This document shows positions 1-9,502 of a stretch of 64,000 bases of DNA, piece by piece (position 1 is the first letter of the stretch; every line of letters starts with the position of its first letter). The stretch is taken from positions 10,416 through 74,415 of the forward strand of contig JANMQV010000151.1 in the NCBI GenBank assembly GCA_031370645.1, given 5' to 3'. The notes below the pieces were generated by a model. The model did not search any database. It worked only from the letters and a program-made list of their open reading frames with translations, and was not told where the DNA came from. The stretch is from Candidatus Eiseniibacteriota bacterium. Its GTDB lineage: Bacteria; Eisenbacteria; RBG-16-71-46; SZUA-252. The translations under genes and the position numbers were made by a program.

Positions 1-2
1 GG

Positions 3-317
3 AGACGAACGAAGCCGCTCCTCCGCGACTACGCGCGTGGAAGGATCCCGGCCGCCGTGCTCCGCGCGCCGAAGCAGGGATTTCAACTTCCGCTCGAGGC
101 GTGGCTTCGCGGCCCGCTCCGCGGCTGGTCCGAAGCGCTCCTTCGCGACCCTCAGGCCACCGGGACGCTCTATCGAGAGGGAGCCACCTCGCGTCTTCTC
201 GACGCGTTTCACGCGGGAAGCGCGGACGTGATGGCGCCCCATCGCATCTGGTCGCTCGCGGTACTGGAGCTCTGGGCGCGCGAATTTCACGTGGCGATGC
301 CTCGGGACATGGGATGA
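3..317 (+). CDS. Asparagine synthase (glutamine-hydrolysing) family amidotransferase, C-terminal part (5' end outside the window)
   Basis: APKQGFQLPLEAWLRGPL...RIWSLAVLELW is the typical AsnB-family C-terminus; lies upstream of glycosyltransferases. Confidence 0.8.
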   Translation, partial: RRTKPLLRDYARGRIPAAVLRAPKQGFQLPLEAWLRGPLRGWSEALLRDPQATGTLYREGATSRLLDAFHAGSADVMAPHRIWSLAVLELWAREFHVAMPRDMG

Positions 318-321
318 GGGC

Positions 322-1362
322 ATGACGGCGAACGTCCCCGATCCCGCTTCGACGCACGCGCGCCTCGATGCGCTCCGGCACTCGGCCCTCACGCCGCTCG
401 TGAGCGTGCTCCTCTCGACGCGGAACGGATCGCGTTACCTCGAAGAGGCGCTCGGGAGCCTGGCGGCGCAGACGTATCCGGAACTCGAGATCGTGGCGGT
501 CGACGACGGATCAAACGACTCCACGCCCGACATCCTCGCTCGGTTCGTCGCGCGCCATCCCCGCACTCGCCTCCTCCGGACGGAGGGTGTCGGGCTCGCG
601 GCCGCGCTCCACCGCGCGGCGGGCGAAGCAACCGGCGCCTACTTGGCGAGGCAGGACGACGACGACCGTTCCCACCCCGAGCGAATCGCGCGACAGATCC
701 GATTCTTTCAAGCGCACCCCGAGGTCGGCGTGCTCGGAACGGCGGCGACGCGGATCGATGAAGGCGGGAAGGCAATCGGCCCCTACCCGGTGCCGAGCAC
801 GCGCGCCGAAATCGCCGCCGCGCTTCGGCGTGGGACGCCGTTCGTTCATGGTTCGGTCATGATGCGCCGCGAAGTCTACGACGCCTCGGGAGGGTACCGC
901 GCGGCGTTTCAGGCGGCCCAGGATGTCGATCTCTGGCTTCGAATCCCCAAGGGGATCGGATTCGTCAACCTCCCCGAGCCGCTCTATGAATGGCGAGAGC
1001 ACCCGGGCGGAGTGTTCGCGAGAGCGCGCAACCGGCAGCTCTTCTTCGCCGCGGTCGCCCGCGTGTTCGCGGAGGAGCGCCGCGCGAGCGGCGCCGATTC
1101 GATCGCGCTCCTGGCATCCGCGGAATCTCCGGAGGATTTCTTCGCGCGCTACCCGCGCGCCGACCGCGCGCTCCTTCGCCTCGGCGAACTCCAGGTGCGC
1201 GAAGGACGCACCACCGAAGCGCGCGAACTCTTGCGGCGCGCCATGCGCTCGCCCCGCTCACTGGCCCCATCGCTCCTTTGGTGGGCGCTCTCGGTTCCCG
1301 TCGCCTGGTCGCCTCGGGGAAGACGCGCGGCGGCCGCTTCGAAGGGCGAGCGAGCCCGATGA
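322..1362 (+). CDS. GT2 family glycosyltransferase
   Basis: PLVSVLL..RNG...LEIVAVDDGSND, YLARQDDDD (DxD), AQDVDLWLR motifs. Confidence 0.92.
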   Translation: MTANVPDPASTHARLDALRHSALTPLVSVLLSTRNGSRYLEEALGSLAAQTYPELEIVAVDDGSNDSTPDILARFVARHPRTRLLRTEGVGLAAALHRAAGEATGAYLARQDDDDRSHPERIARQIRFFQAHPEVGVLGTAATRIDEGGKAIGPYPVPSTRAEIAAALRRGTPFVHGSVMMRREVYDASGGYRAAFQAAQDVDLWLRIPKGIGFVNLPEPLYEWREHPGGVFARARNRQLFFAAVARVFAEERRASGADSIALLASAESPEDFFARYPRADRALLRLGELQVREGRTTEARELLRRAMRSPRSLAPSLLWWALSVPVAWSPRGRRAAAASKGERAR

Positions 1363-2414
1363 ATGTCCTTCTCGTCGCGGGGGTCGACCTCTCGCTCCCG
1401 GGCGGGCTCGAGACGCACGTCCTCGAACTCGCTCACGGGCTCGGAGCGCGCGGCCATCACGTCGACATCCTCGCCCGCGCGAGTCGGGAGCTCCCCGGCC
1501 CGGCGCTTCGGCTCGTCGATCGCTTCGGCGATGGGGCCTACGACATCGTCCACCATCACGGCGGCCTGTGGGTGTCCGCATGGAACGCGGCGATCGACAC
1601 GACAGCGGCCACGGGCCGCGCGCGCTATCTCCGCACCTTCCATTTCTCGGTCGCGGCGAAGATGGGCGTCTACCTCCGCATGGGGCGGATCCGCACGCTC
1701 TTCAATCCGGGGAATCATCGCGCACTCCGCGACGAGCGGACTTCGCTCGGGCGCGGGCCGCTCCACATCGCCGTCTCCCGCGCGCTCCGCGATGAATTGG
1801 TGCGCTACCACGGCGCGCCGAGGGAACTCTTCGAGTCGATTCCGAACGGCGCCTCCTTCGCGCAGCCCCGTCTCGGCCGCGCGGCTTGGCGGGAGCGAAA
1901 GGGAATTCCACCGGAGGCGCCGCTCCTCCTCACGATCGGCCGCGACGACTACGTGAAGGGGTTCGACCTCCTCGCGCGGGCGTGGTCGGCGCCGAACGCT
2001 CACCCGCCCGGCGCTATCTGGGTCTCGGTGGGTGGTGCCAAGCCAGGGCGTTCGGGCGATCGGATCTCGACCGGACCGATCGCCCCCTCCGAAGTAACCG
2101 AATGGATCCACGCCGCCGACCTCGGCGCGTTTCCTTCGTACTACGAAGGGGGAGGGATCGCCCTCGCCGACATGCTCGCGGGCGGCCTTTACGTGCTGAC
2201 TCATGCGGTCGGCGTGGCCCCGGAGGCCGTCCGCCCCGGCGAGAACGGGGAATTCGTGCCGCGGAGGCCCGATGCGTGGAGCGCGGCCCTCGCCCGCACG
2301 TTGGCAGCGCCTCCGCGCCCGACCGGGCCGGGACTCCCGCCCGAATGGAGCTGGGAATCGATGGTGGAACGGGTGGAGCGCGTCTACCGGAGGCTCCGCC
2401 CCGATTCCGCGTAA
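1359..2414 (+). CDS. GT4 (GT-B) family glycosyltransferase
   Basis: ATGA overlap with upstream stop; MNVLLV..PGGLETHVLELA, IAVS, IPNG, KGFDLL, PSYYEGGG. Confidence 0.88.
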   Translation: MNVLLVAGVDLSLPGGLETHVLELAHGLGARGHHVDILARASRELPGPALRLVDRFGDGAYDIVHHHGGLWVSAWNAAIDTTAATGRARYLRTFHFSVAAKMGVYLRMGRIRTLFNPGNHRALRDERTSLGRGPLHIAVSRALRDELVRYHGAPRELFESIPNGASFAQPRLGRAAWRERKGIPPEAPLLLTIGRDDYVKGFDLLARAWSAPNAHPPGAIWVSVGGAKPGRSGDRISTGPIAPSEVTEWIHAADLGAFPSYYEGGGIALADMLAGGLYVLTHAVGVAPEAVRPGENGEFVPRRPDAWSAALARTLAAPPRPTGPGLPPEWSWESMVERVERVYRRLRPDSA

Positions 2415-2436
2415 CCGCGCCCGCCGAGCCGGTTTC

Positions 2437-2445
2437 TGCTAGACT
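2437..2445 (+). promoter_or_regulatory. Extended -10 element (TGcTAGACT), 9 nt before ATG 2455
   Basis: TGnTAnnnT match; no Shine-Dalgarno between it and the ATG. Confidence 0.5.
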
Positions 2446-2454
2446 CAGAACGCG

Positions 2455-3693
2455 ATGCGCATCCTATTTCTGACCTCTCGGATGCCGTCCCCGCCTGTGG
2501 GGGGCGACCGATTCCGCGTTTATCATTTGCTCCGCACGGCGGCCGAAGCGGGCCACCGCATCGACCTCGTCACGTTCGATGACGGCCGGAGCGACGTCTC
2601 CGCGTTGGAGCCGCTTCGCCGCTTCACCTCGAGCTATGAAATCGTGCACCAGCCGAAGCTCGTCTCGTGGTGGCGCGCCGCGCGCGCGCTTCCGACGCGC
2701 CTCCCTCTTCAGGCTGCCTACTACCGTTCCGAAGCGATGAGCCGCCACGTGGCCCGGGCGTTCGACCGAAATCCTCCCGACGTGGTCTACACGCACCTCT
2801 TTCGCATGGCGCCCTACGCGCTCGCCGAGCGGGAACGCCGTGACGCGCGCTGGATCCTCGACCTGACCGATGTCATTTCGGCGGGGATCGAGCGCTCGCT
2901 TCCCTACCGGAGCGGACCGCAGCAGTGGCTCTACCGGGAAGAGGGAAGGCGGATCGCTCGCTATGAGGCGCTGGTGGCACCGCGCTTCGACGACTGCTGG
3001 GTGATCAGCGAAGCCGAGGCACGCGCGCTCGGCGCCATCGCGCCGCGTGCGTCGATCCGCGTCGTCCCGAACGGATTCGAGCCGGAGCGAAACATCGTTC
3101 CACCAGCGCGCGATTCGGCCTCGCTCCTCTTCTTCGGAAATCACGACGTGCTCCACAATCGCGACGCGGCGCGGTTCCTCGCCATGGACATTCTCCCACG
3201 CGTGCGCGCCTCCGTTCCCGGCGCCACGCTCGATATCGCCGGAAAGGGGGCCGAGGGGCTCGGCGGCTGGGTGCGCCGTCCCGGCGTCCGCGTCCTCGGA
3301 TTCGTTCCCGATCTCGACCGTGAATTGCGGCGCGCCGCTCTGTTTGTGGCGCCGCACCGCTTCGCAGCCGGCGTTCAGAACAAAGTGCTCCAGGCTCTAT
3401 CCGCCGGCACTCCGGTCGTGACGACACCGGTCGTCCACCAAGGTCTCGCTCCAGCGCCCGACGACGTTCTCTGCGTCGCCGAGGGCGCCGCCGCGATCGC
3501 CGATCGGGTGGTGGCGCTCCTCCGCGATCCGGTCGAGGCGGCGCGCCTCGGAGAGCGAGGGCGCGTCTGGGCATGCTCGCGTTTCAACTGGCGCGAGTCG
3601 CTTGCGGCGTTCGAGGAGGGGAGTTCCGCCGCGGCTTCGGAAGAGGGAGGGCCTGTCGCGGCGCCCGTTGCGGTCGCCGGCTCGCTCGCTTGA
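2455..3693 (+). CDS. GT4 family glycosyltransferase (polysaccharide-locus sugar transferase type)
   Basis: MRILFLTSRMPSPP.GGDRFRVYHLLR, VVPNG, AGVQNKVLQALSAGTPVV. Confidence 0.9.
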   Translation: MRILFLTSRMPSPPVGGDRFRVYHLLRTAAEAGHRIDLVTFDDGRSDVSALEPLRRFTSSYEIVHQPKLVSWWRAARALPTRLPLQAAYYRSEAMSRHVARAFDRNPPDVVYTHLFRMAPYALAERERRDARWILDLTDVISAGIERSLPYRSGPQQWLYREEGRRIARYEALVAPRFDDCWVISEAEARALGAIAPRASIRVVPNGFEPERNIVPPARDSASLLFFGNHDVLHNRDAARFLAMDILPRVRASVPGATLDIAGKGAEGLGGWVRRPGVRVLGFVPDLDRELRRAALFVAPHRFAAGVQNKVLQALSAGTPVVTTPVVHQGLAPAPDDVLCVAEGAAAIADRVVALLRDPVEAARLGERGRVWACSRFNWRESLAAFEEGSSAAASEEGGPVAAPVAVAGSLA

Positions 3694-4700
3694 CCGGAGC
3701 GCCGCCGTTCCTCCTCGTCGCGCCCCTCTCCTTCGGCGCGGCGCTCCTCTTCACTCCGCTCGTCCGCGCCCTCGCGCGGCGGACCGGCTATCTCGATCAT
3801 CCAGACGAGCGAAAACCCCACCTCGAGCCGACGCCGCTCCTCGGCGGCTTGGCCGTCTTCGGCGCGCTCGTGGTCGGTCCGCTCCTCGCGCGGCTCCTCG
3901 TGGGAGCGCCGATCGGGATGCCGGCGCCGGGCGTCCTCCTGGGCGGCGCGCTCTCGCTCCTCCTCGGCCTCGTGGACGATCGCCGGCCGATGCGCCCTCT
4001 CGGCAAACTGATCGGACAGCTCGCCGTCGCGATTTCGCTCGTCGTGTGGGGCGGCGCGCCGCACATCGTGGCGGAACAGCCGCTCCTCGCGCTGGCCGCC
4101 ATCGTCGCCGTCGTGTCGCTTTTGAACGCGGTCAATTTCCTCGACGCCATGGACGGCATCGTGAGCGCACTCACTCCGGTGACGGGACTCGGATTCGTGG
4201 CCTTGGCGCTCGTGCACGGGGCCGCCGTCGATCTGGCGCTCGCCTGGGGCGCTGTGGGAGCGGCCGCGGGATTTCTCGTCTACAACGCGCCTCCGGCGCG
4301 CATCTTCCTCGGTGACGCGGGGAGCCACGTGCTCGGCTTCGTCCTTGCCACGCTCTCCCTCCAAGCGCTCGATTCCAGCATCTCGTGGCCCCACGTCGCG
4401 GCCCTCCTCGTGCTGCTCGCCTACCCCCTGTTCGACGTGATCTTCGTCATCGTCACCCGCCTTTTGGCGAGGCGTCCCATCCATGTGGGAGGGGTGGACC
4501 ACACCACGCATCGACTTGGAAGGATTTGTGGACGGTGGGGGACCGTCGCGGCGATTACCGCCGCGGGGGTGCTCAGCGCGGGGCTCGGAACGTGGCTTTG
4601 GGGGGTGAAAAGCGACCTCATCGCATTCCTCGCAGTCTCAATTTTTGGGCTTGGATACGCGGTTTTTGGGGTCTGGCTGGGACGAACAAGTCCCACCTAG
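3690..4700 (+). CDS. MraY/WecA family polyprenyl-phosphate sugar-1-phosphate transferase
   Basis: TTG start overlapping upstream stop; DHPDERKPH..PTPLLGG, LGLVDD, NAVNFLDAMDG, IFLGDAGS, DHTTHRL. Confidence 0.9.
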   Translation: MTGAPPFLLVAPLSFGAALLFTPLVRALARRTGYLDHPDERKPHLEPTPLLGGLAVFGALVVGPLLARLLVGAPIGMPAPGVLLGGALSLLLGLVDDRRPMRPLGKLIGQLAVAISLVVWGGAPHIVAEQPLLALAAIVAVVSLLNAVNFLDAMDGIVSALTPVTGLGFVALALVHGAAVDLALAWGAVGAAAGFLVYNAPPARIFLGDAGSHVLGFVLATLSLQALDSSISWPHVAALLVLLAYPLFDVIFVIVTRLLARRPIHVGGVDHTTHRLGRICGRWGTVAAITAAGVLSAGLGTWLWGVKSDLIAFLAVSIFGLGYAVFGVWLGRTSPT

Positions 4701-4711
4701 CGGTTCGACAC

Positions 4712-4740
4712 TTGACAAACAAGTTTTACAGATGTACCTT
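4712..4740 (+). promoter_or_regulatory. Sigma70-type promoter
   Basis: TTGACA-N17-TACCTT in an AT-rich intergenic stretch. Confidence 0.65.
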
Positions 4741-4802
4741 TCATTTTCGTAATGGCCACACGGCACTACCTGCCGGGCGAGAACGAGCGAGGCAAGGACG
4801 CG

Positions 4803-6482
4803 ATGTCGCCACTTCCCGACCCCCTTCGAGAACCTGAAGCCTCTGGCGGCCGTATCGAGCAGGATCCGCTCGATCGGTTGAACGACGGGCTGACGCAATG
4901 GGAGCGCGAGCTCCTGGCGGAGCCGTCCACCCAGTCGCGGCCCCGCGCGCCCCATCTCGGACGCTACAAAGACCTTCTCGATGCCAGCCGCTCCGTTACC
5001 GGCACGCTCGACCCGAACGAACTCCTCCTCCGCGTGGTGGACGCCGTCATTCGCATCGCCGGCGCCGACCGCGGCTTCCTCATGCTCATGCACGAGGAAG
5101 GAAAGCTCCAATTCGAGATCGCCCGTAGCAAGGACGAGACGACGCTCCCGCCGAGCGAATTCCAAATCTCCTTCGGCATCGCCGAGGAAGCCGCGCATCG
5201 CCGCGAGACCGTCTGGGTTCCCGACGCCGTCGGCTCCTCGCTCTTCCAGGACCGGAAGAGCGTCCGCGCGCTTTCGCTCCGCACGGTCGTCGCCATTCCG
5301 ATTCTGAATTCGGGGCGCGTTCTCGGCGTCCTCTACATCGACTCCCATTCCATCACGCACGAATTCTCGACCGAGGACATCGCGCTTCTCGAAGGGTTCG
5401 CCGCTCAGGTGGCGATCGCGCTCGAGAACGCCCGCGTCCACGAGTCGCTCCGCGACACGAAGAACCGCCTCGAGATCGAAAATCTGAATCTGCGCCGAGC
5501 GCTGAAGGAAGACGTCCGGTACGGATTGCTCGTCGGGCGGAGCCCCGCCATGGGGCAGGTCGTGGATTTGATTGAAAAGGTGATTCCGACGCAAGTCACC
5601 GTGCTGATCCACGGCGAGACCGGAACCGGTAAGGAAGTCGTGGCGCGCGCCATTCACCTGAACGGTCCGCGGAAGGACGAGAACTTCATCGCCGTGAATT
5701 GCGGCGCCGTACCCGAGGCGCTTCTCGAAAGCGAGCTCTTCGGGTACAAGAAGGGAGCCTTCACCGGCGCCAACGAAGACCGCGTCGGACTCTTCGAGGC
5801 GGCCGACAAGGGGACGCTCTTCCTCGACGAGGTCGGGGAGATGCCGGCGAGCCTTCAGGTGAAGCTTCTCCGCGTGCTCCAGGACTCTCACATTCGGCGC
5901 GTGGGCGACACCGTCTCGCGGAAGGTCGACATCCGGCTCATCGCCGCGACGAATCGCGATCTCCGCGCCGAGGTCGACGCCGGTCGCTTCCGTCAGGACC
6001 TCTTCTACCGCATGAACGTCGTGCCGGTCACGCTGCCGCCGCTTCGCGATCGCGGCGACGACATTCTCCTCTTCGCGCAGCATTTCCTGGAGGCGTCGGC
6101 CAAGCGCCAGCGGAAGTCGATCGTCAGTTTTACGCCCGAGGCGCGCGAGCTTTTGCTCCGGCACCCGTGGCCGGGAAACGTTCGCGAGTTGGAGAACGCC
6201 ATGGAACGCGCGGTCGCCCTCTCCGACGACGGCGTGGCCCTCGAGCCGCATCTCTTCGGACTCGGCGCATCCGTTGCGCGCCGCTGGGACGGGCAGCACT
6301 CGCTCCGCGAGACGATGGAGGCCGTCGAAGCCGAAACGATTCGCGAGGCGCTTCGCCAGAGCGAATCGAACGTCTCTCGCGCGGCGCGCGCCCTCGGCGT
6401 GAGCCGCCAGCATCTTCACAACCGGATGAATTTCCACGGCATCCGGCGTTCGCGAATTTTGAACGAGTCCGGGGGTAAGTGA
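4803..6482 (+). CDS. GAF-domain sigma54 enhancer-binding protein (GAF-AAA+-HTH)
   Basis: GAF (ADRGFLML...GVLYIDS...AIALENA), [33 protein letters not shown]; alternative start at 4752. Confidence 0.93.
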   Translation: MSPLPDPLREPEASGGRIEQDPLDRLNDGLTQWERELLAEPSTQSRPRAPHLGRYKDLLDASRSVTGTLDPNELLLRVVDAVIRIAGADRGFLMLMHEEGKLQFEIARSKDETTLPPSEFQISFGIAEEAAHRRETVWVPDAVGSSLFQDRKSVRALSLRTVVAIPILNSGRVLGVLYIDSHSITHEFSTEDIALLEGFAAQVAIALENARVHESLRDTKNRLEIENLNLRRALKEDVRYGLLVGRSPAMGQVVDLIEKVIPTQVTVLIHGETGTGKEVVARAIHLNGPRKDENFIAVNCGAVPEALLESELFGYKKGAFTGANEDRVGLFEAADKGTLFLDEVGEMPASLQVKLLRVLQDSHIRRVGDTVSRKVDIRLIAATNRDLRAEVDAGRFRQDLFYRMNVVPVTLPPLRDRGDDILLFAQHFLEASAKRQRKSIVSFTPEARELLLRHPWPGNVRELENAMERAVALSDDGVALEPHLFGLGASVARRWDGQHSLRETMEAVEAETIREALRQSESNVSRAARALGVSRQHLHNRMNFHGIRRSRILNESGGK

Positions 6483-7477
6483 CCGACCTCGCCTCGCTCC
6501 GCCTCGCGTCGCTCCGGGCCATCCTGATGCAAAGCGACGCGGAACTCCGCGCGCATCTTCCCGAGTATTTCCTCACCTACTACAAGCATCTCAACATCCT
6601 CCGAAATCCCGCCCGCATCGAGCACGTCTTCCAGAAGGGCCGGGAGATGTTCGAGTACCTGGAGGCGGACGGAAAGGAGATCCTCGACCTCGGCGCCGGG
6701 TTCGGCATCGAGGCACTCCTCGTCGCGATTTACGGAGCGAAGAAGGTGATCGCGACCGAGATCGATCACGACATGGTGGCGGTCGGCACCTACCTCGCCG
6801 GCGCGATCACGCCCAAGGTCGAGCACTTCGAGTCGCGCTACGGCGACGGCATCGCCATGGAATTTCCCGCCGCCTCCTTCGACGGCGTCATGGCGAACTG
6901 CGTCATCTCGCACGTGCGCGACCTGGAGGGATTCCTGAGCGAGGCGCACCGGCTCCTCCGGCCGGGCGGAATCTTTTTTCTCAGCGACGAGAACAATTCG
7001 CTCTACCTCCCGGCTCGGTCGCGGCGCCGGAGGGGGTGGAACGACATGGAGCGGGAGCCGGGCGGTCCTTATTTCGCGGCCCGCTTGGCCATGGTGAAGG
7101 AACGCTTTCCCGAGCTGAAGGGCGCCGCGCTCTTCACCGCCGTGCGGGCGACCCGCGGCCTCTGGGGCGATACGGTGGCGGAGGGAGTGCGCGAACTCCA
7201 GGCGAAGGGGCGGCTCTCGGCTCCTCCGGAGTTCCTCTATCGCGACCCGCGGGACGGGCAGTATCCAGAACGGGAGTTGAATCCCTTTTGGATGATGGAA
7301 CGATTCCGGGCCGCGAAGTTGGAGCCAGAACTCCTCCCGGCCTTTTTCTCCCGGGGAATCGAAGTCCATCTTCGCCAGGTGGTGAAGGACGTGCTCCGCT
7401 TCTTCTGCAGCCGCTGGCCTGTGCTCTCCGTCTATGTTTGGCCCATTATGAGGCTTCGGGGCCGAAAAGCCCGTTGA
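6479..7477 (+). CDS. Class I SAM-dependent methyltransferase
   Basis: ILDLGAGFG motif I, SFDGV, HRLLRPGG; start overlaps upstream stop. Confidence 0.85.
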   Translation: MTDLASLRLASLRAILMQSDAELRAHLPEYFLTYYKHLNILRNPARIEHVFQKGREMFEYLEADGKEILDLGAGFGIEALLVAIYGAKKVIATEIDHDMVAVGTYLAGAITPKVEHFESRYGDGIAMEFPAASFDGVMANCVISHVRDLEGFLSEAHRLLRPGGIFFLSDENNSLYLPARSRRRRGWNDMEREPGGPYFAARLAMVKERFPELKGAALFTAVRATRGLWGDTVAEGVRELQAKGRLSAPPEFLYRDPRDGQYPERELNPFWMMERFRAAKLEPELLPAFFSRGIEVHLRQVVKDVLRFFCSRWPVLSVYVWPIMRLRGRKAR

Positions 7478-7502
7478 CACCCTCGTAGCACCCGCCTAGG
7501 CT
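7474..7502 (+). promoter_or_regulatory. Sigma70-type promoter, 8 nt before GTG 7511
   Basis: TTGACA-N17-TAGGCT. Confidence 0.7.
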
Positions 7503-7510
7503 CCGCTTCC

Positions 7511-8704
7511 GTGCGACTGACCGCGTCGAGCCTAGCCGTCCTGACGCTTCTGGTGCTCGCGAGGCCCGCCGGGGCTGTCGCGCCCGTCACAACACCACCT
7601 CCACCTCCCGAACTTCCTGCCCCCACCGACTTCGCCGCCGTTGACCGGCCCGGAGACGGCGGCGGCGCGATCCTCCTTACCTGGAAGGACCCCGAAGCGC
7701 TCCCTGCGGGAACCGTGCTCGAAGTCCGGCGCGCGGAGCCGCCCGCCGATGAGTTCACGGCACTGAAGACCGTGGCCCCCGGGGCGCAGCGCTACGTCGA
7801 TACCTCGGCGAAGGACGGGATGACCTACCGCTACGAACTCCGCGTTCGGGGCGAAGAGACGCCCGATTCGCTCGGCATTGCGGGCGCCGTCGGCCCCGCG
7901 CTCGTGAGCGAACCGATCTCGCCGCATGACAATTGGTTCCGCAACGAGCGGATGAACTCGCTCATCGCCTCGATCCTCTTCATCACCTTCATCCTGGCCT
8001 CGATCGCCTACGCTCGCTCCGGAAAGCCGATCTTCATTCGCCGCATCGCCGGCTTGAATGCCATCGATGAAGCGATCGGCCGCGCCACCGAGCTCGGGAA
8101 GAAGGTGCTCTACATTCCCGGCATCCAGAGCATGGACGAGATCCAGACGATCGCGAGCATCGCGATCCTGGGGCACGTGGCGCGCGCCACGGCCCGATAC
8201 GGCACCGACCTCGACGTTCCCAATAAGGACCCGCTCACCTTCGTCTCGGCGCGCGAGGCGGTCCAGTCGGCCTATTTGTCCGAAGGTCGGCCCGACCTCT
8301 TCCGCGACGACATGGTCCATTACGTCACCTACGATCAGTTCGCCTTTACGGCCGCCGTCTCCGCGCAGATGACGCGCGAGAAACCGGCGGCGATCTTCCT
8401 GGTCGGGTACTTCTTCGCGGAATCGCTCATCCTAGCCGAGACCGGGCAGTCGACCGGCGCCATCCAGATCGCCGGGCAGGCGGATCCGACGCAGCTCCCG
8501 TTCTTCGTCGCCACCTGCGACTACACGCTCATCGGCGAGGAGCTCTACGCCGCGAGCGCTTATCTTTCGCGGGAGCCGGTGCTCCTCGGCTCCATGCGCG
8601 GGCAGGATATCGCCAAGGCGGTGCTCCTCGCGGTGGGGATCCTCGGGATCATCGCGGTCAGCTTCGGCGCCACCTGGGTCCTCGATCTGGTGAAGACCCA
8701 ATGA
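7511..8704 (+). CDS. Fibronectin type III plus DUF6754-like membrane protein
   Basis: Signal peptide, Pro-rich linker, FN3-like segment (AILLTW...YVDT..DGMTYRYEL), TM helix, IRRIAGLNAIDEAIGRATE and DYTLIGEELYAASAYLSREP motifs. Confidence 0.75.
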   Translation: MRLTASSLAVLTLLVLARPAGAVAPVTTPPPPPELPAPTDFAAVDRPGDGGGAILLTWKDPEALPAGTVLEVRRAEPPADEFTALKTVAPGAQRYVDTSAKDGMTYRYELRVRGEETPDSLGIAGAVGPALVSEPISPHDNWFRNERMNSLIASILFITFILASIAYARSGKPIFIRRIAGLNAIDEAIGRATELGKKVLYIPGIQSMDEIQTIASIAILGHVARATARYGTDLDVPNKDPLTFVSAREAVQSAYLSEGRPDLFRDDMVHYVTYDQFAFTAAVSAQMTREKPAAIFLVGYFFAESLILAETGQSTGAIQIAGQADPTQLPFFVATCDYTLIGEELYAASAYLSREPVLLGSMRGQDIAKAVLLAVGILGIIAVSFGATWVLDLVKTQ

Positions 8705-9501
8705 ACCTCGAATTCGGCCGCGTGACGCTCGTCGTTCTCTTCGCGATCATCCCCATCGTGGGGATCGTGCTCGGGATGCGCGCGCCGGCGCTTCGAAGCA
8801 AGATTCCGCTCCTCGTCGCGTTCTTCGCCGGCCTCATCCCGATCTTCTCGATGTACATCCCGAAGAAATTCCTCTCCGGCGAAAGCGGCATGAGCCCTCG
8901 TCTCGATCAGTGGCTCATCATCGTGGCCGGCTTCGCGCTCCTGCTCGGAATCACAAACGTCATCTCGAACGGCGCTCGAAAAATTTCCCGCCGGGACCGC
9001 GGCTGGCCCTACGCCATCGTGCTCTTGACGGGACTCTTCGTCATGGGTGGGTTCGGGATCTACGCGGCCGTCTCGGGGCAGGGGATGGGGTTCCTCCCGA
9101 ATGGAACGCCGACACCGTTTCGCTGGGTGGAGAGCACGGTGTTCCAGCCGCTTCAGTCGACCATCTTCGCGCTCCTCGCCTTCTTCATGGCGAGCGCCGC
9201 GTTTCGCGCCTTCCGCGCTCGGAACACCGAGGCGACGATTCTCCTCATCGCAGGCGCCATCGTGATGACGGGCCGCGTGCCGCTTCTCGAGTTACTGGCC
9301 GCACCGTTCCCGCCGCTTCAGCCCGCGGCGGCCGCCGCGAGCCAGTTCATGGGGAAGGCGACGGAGTGGATCATGGACACGCCGAACGGGGCCGCCCAGT
9401 CGGGAATCATCATCGGCGCCGCACTCGGCGCCGGCTCCATGGCGATCCGCGTGATTCTCGGCATCGAACGCGGCTACCTCGGCCTCGGGAAGGGGGAGTA
9501 G
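8701..9501 (+). CDS. Uncharacterised polytopic membrane protein
   Basis: About 7 hydrophobic segments; LLAFFMASAAFRAFRARN; ATGA overlap with upstream gene. Confidence 0.8.
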   Translation: MNLEFGRVTLVVLFAIIPIVGIVLGMRAPALRSKIPLLVAFFAGLIPIFSMYIPKKFLSGESGMSPRLDQWLIIVAGFALLLGITNVISNGARKISRRDRGWPYAIVLLTGLFVMGGFGIYAAVSGQGMGFLPNGTPTPFRWVESTVFQPLQSTIFALLAFFMASAAFRAFRARNTEATILLIAGAIVMTGRVPLLELLAAPFPPLQPAAAAASQFMGKATEWIMDTPNGAAQSGIIIGAALGAGSMAIRVILGIERGYLGLGKGE

Positions 9502-9502
9502 C

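Noticed and set aside
4638-6437. 599-aa antisense ORF, and similar long shadow ORFs (12160-14268 +, 18810-21182 -, 24158-25525 -, 45471-47225 -, 52852-55161 -, 57190-58959 -)
   Set aside because: They mirror well-supported genes on the other strand; high-GC codon bias removes antisense stops and no family motifs are present
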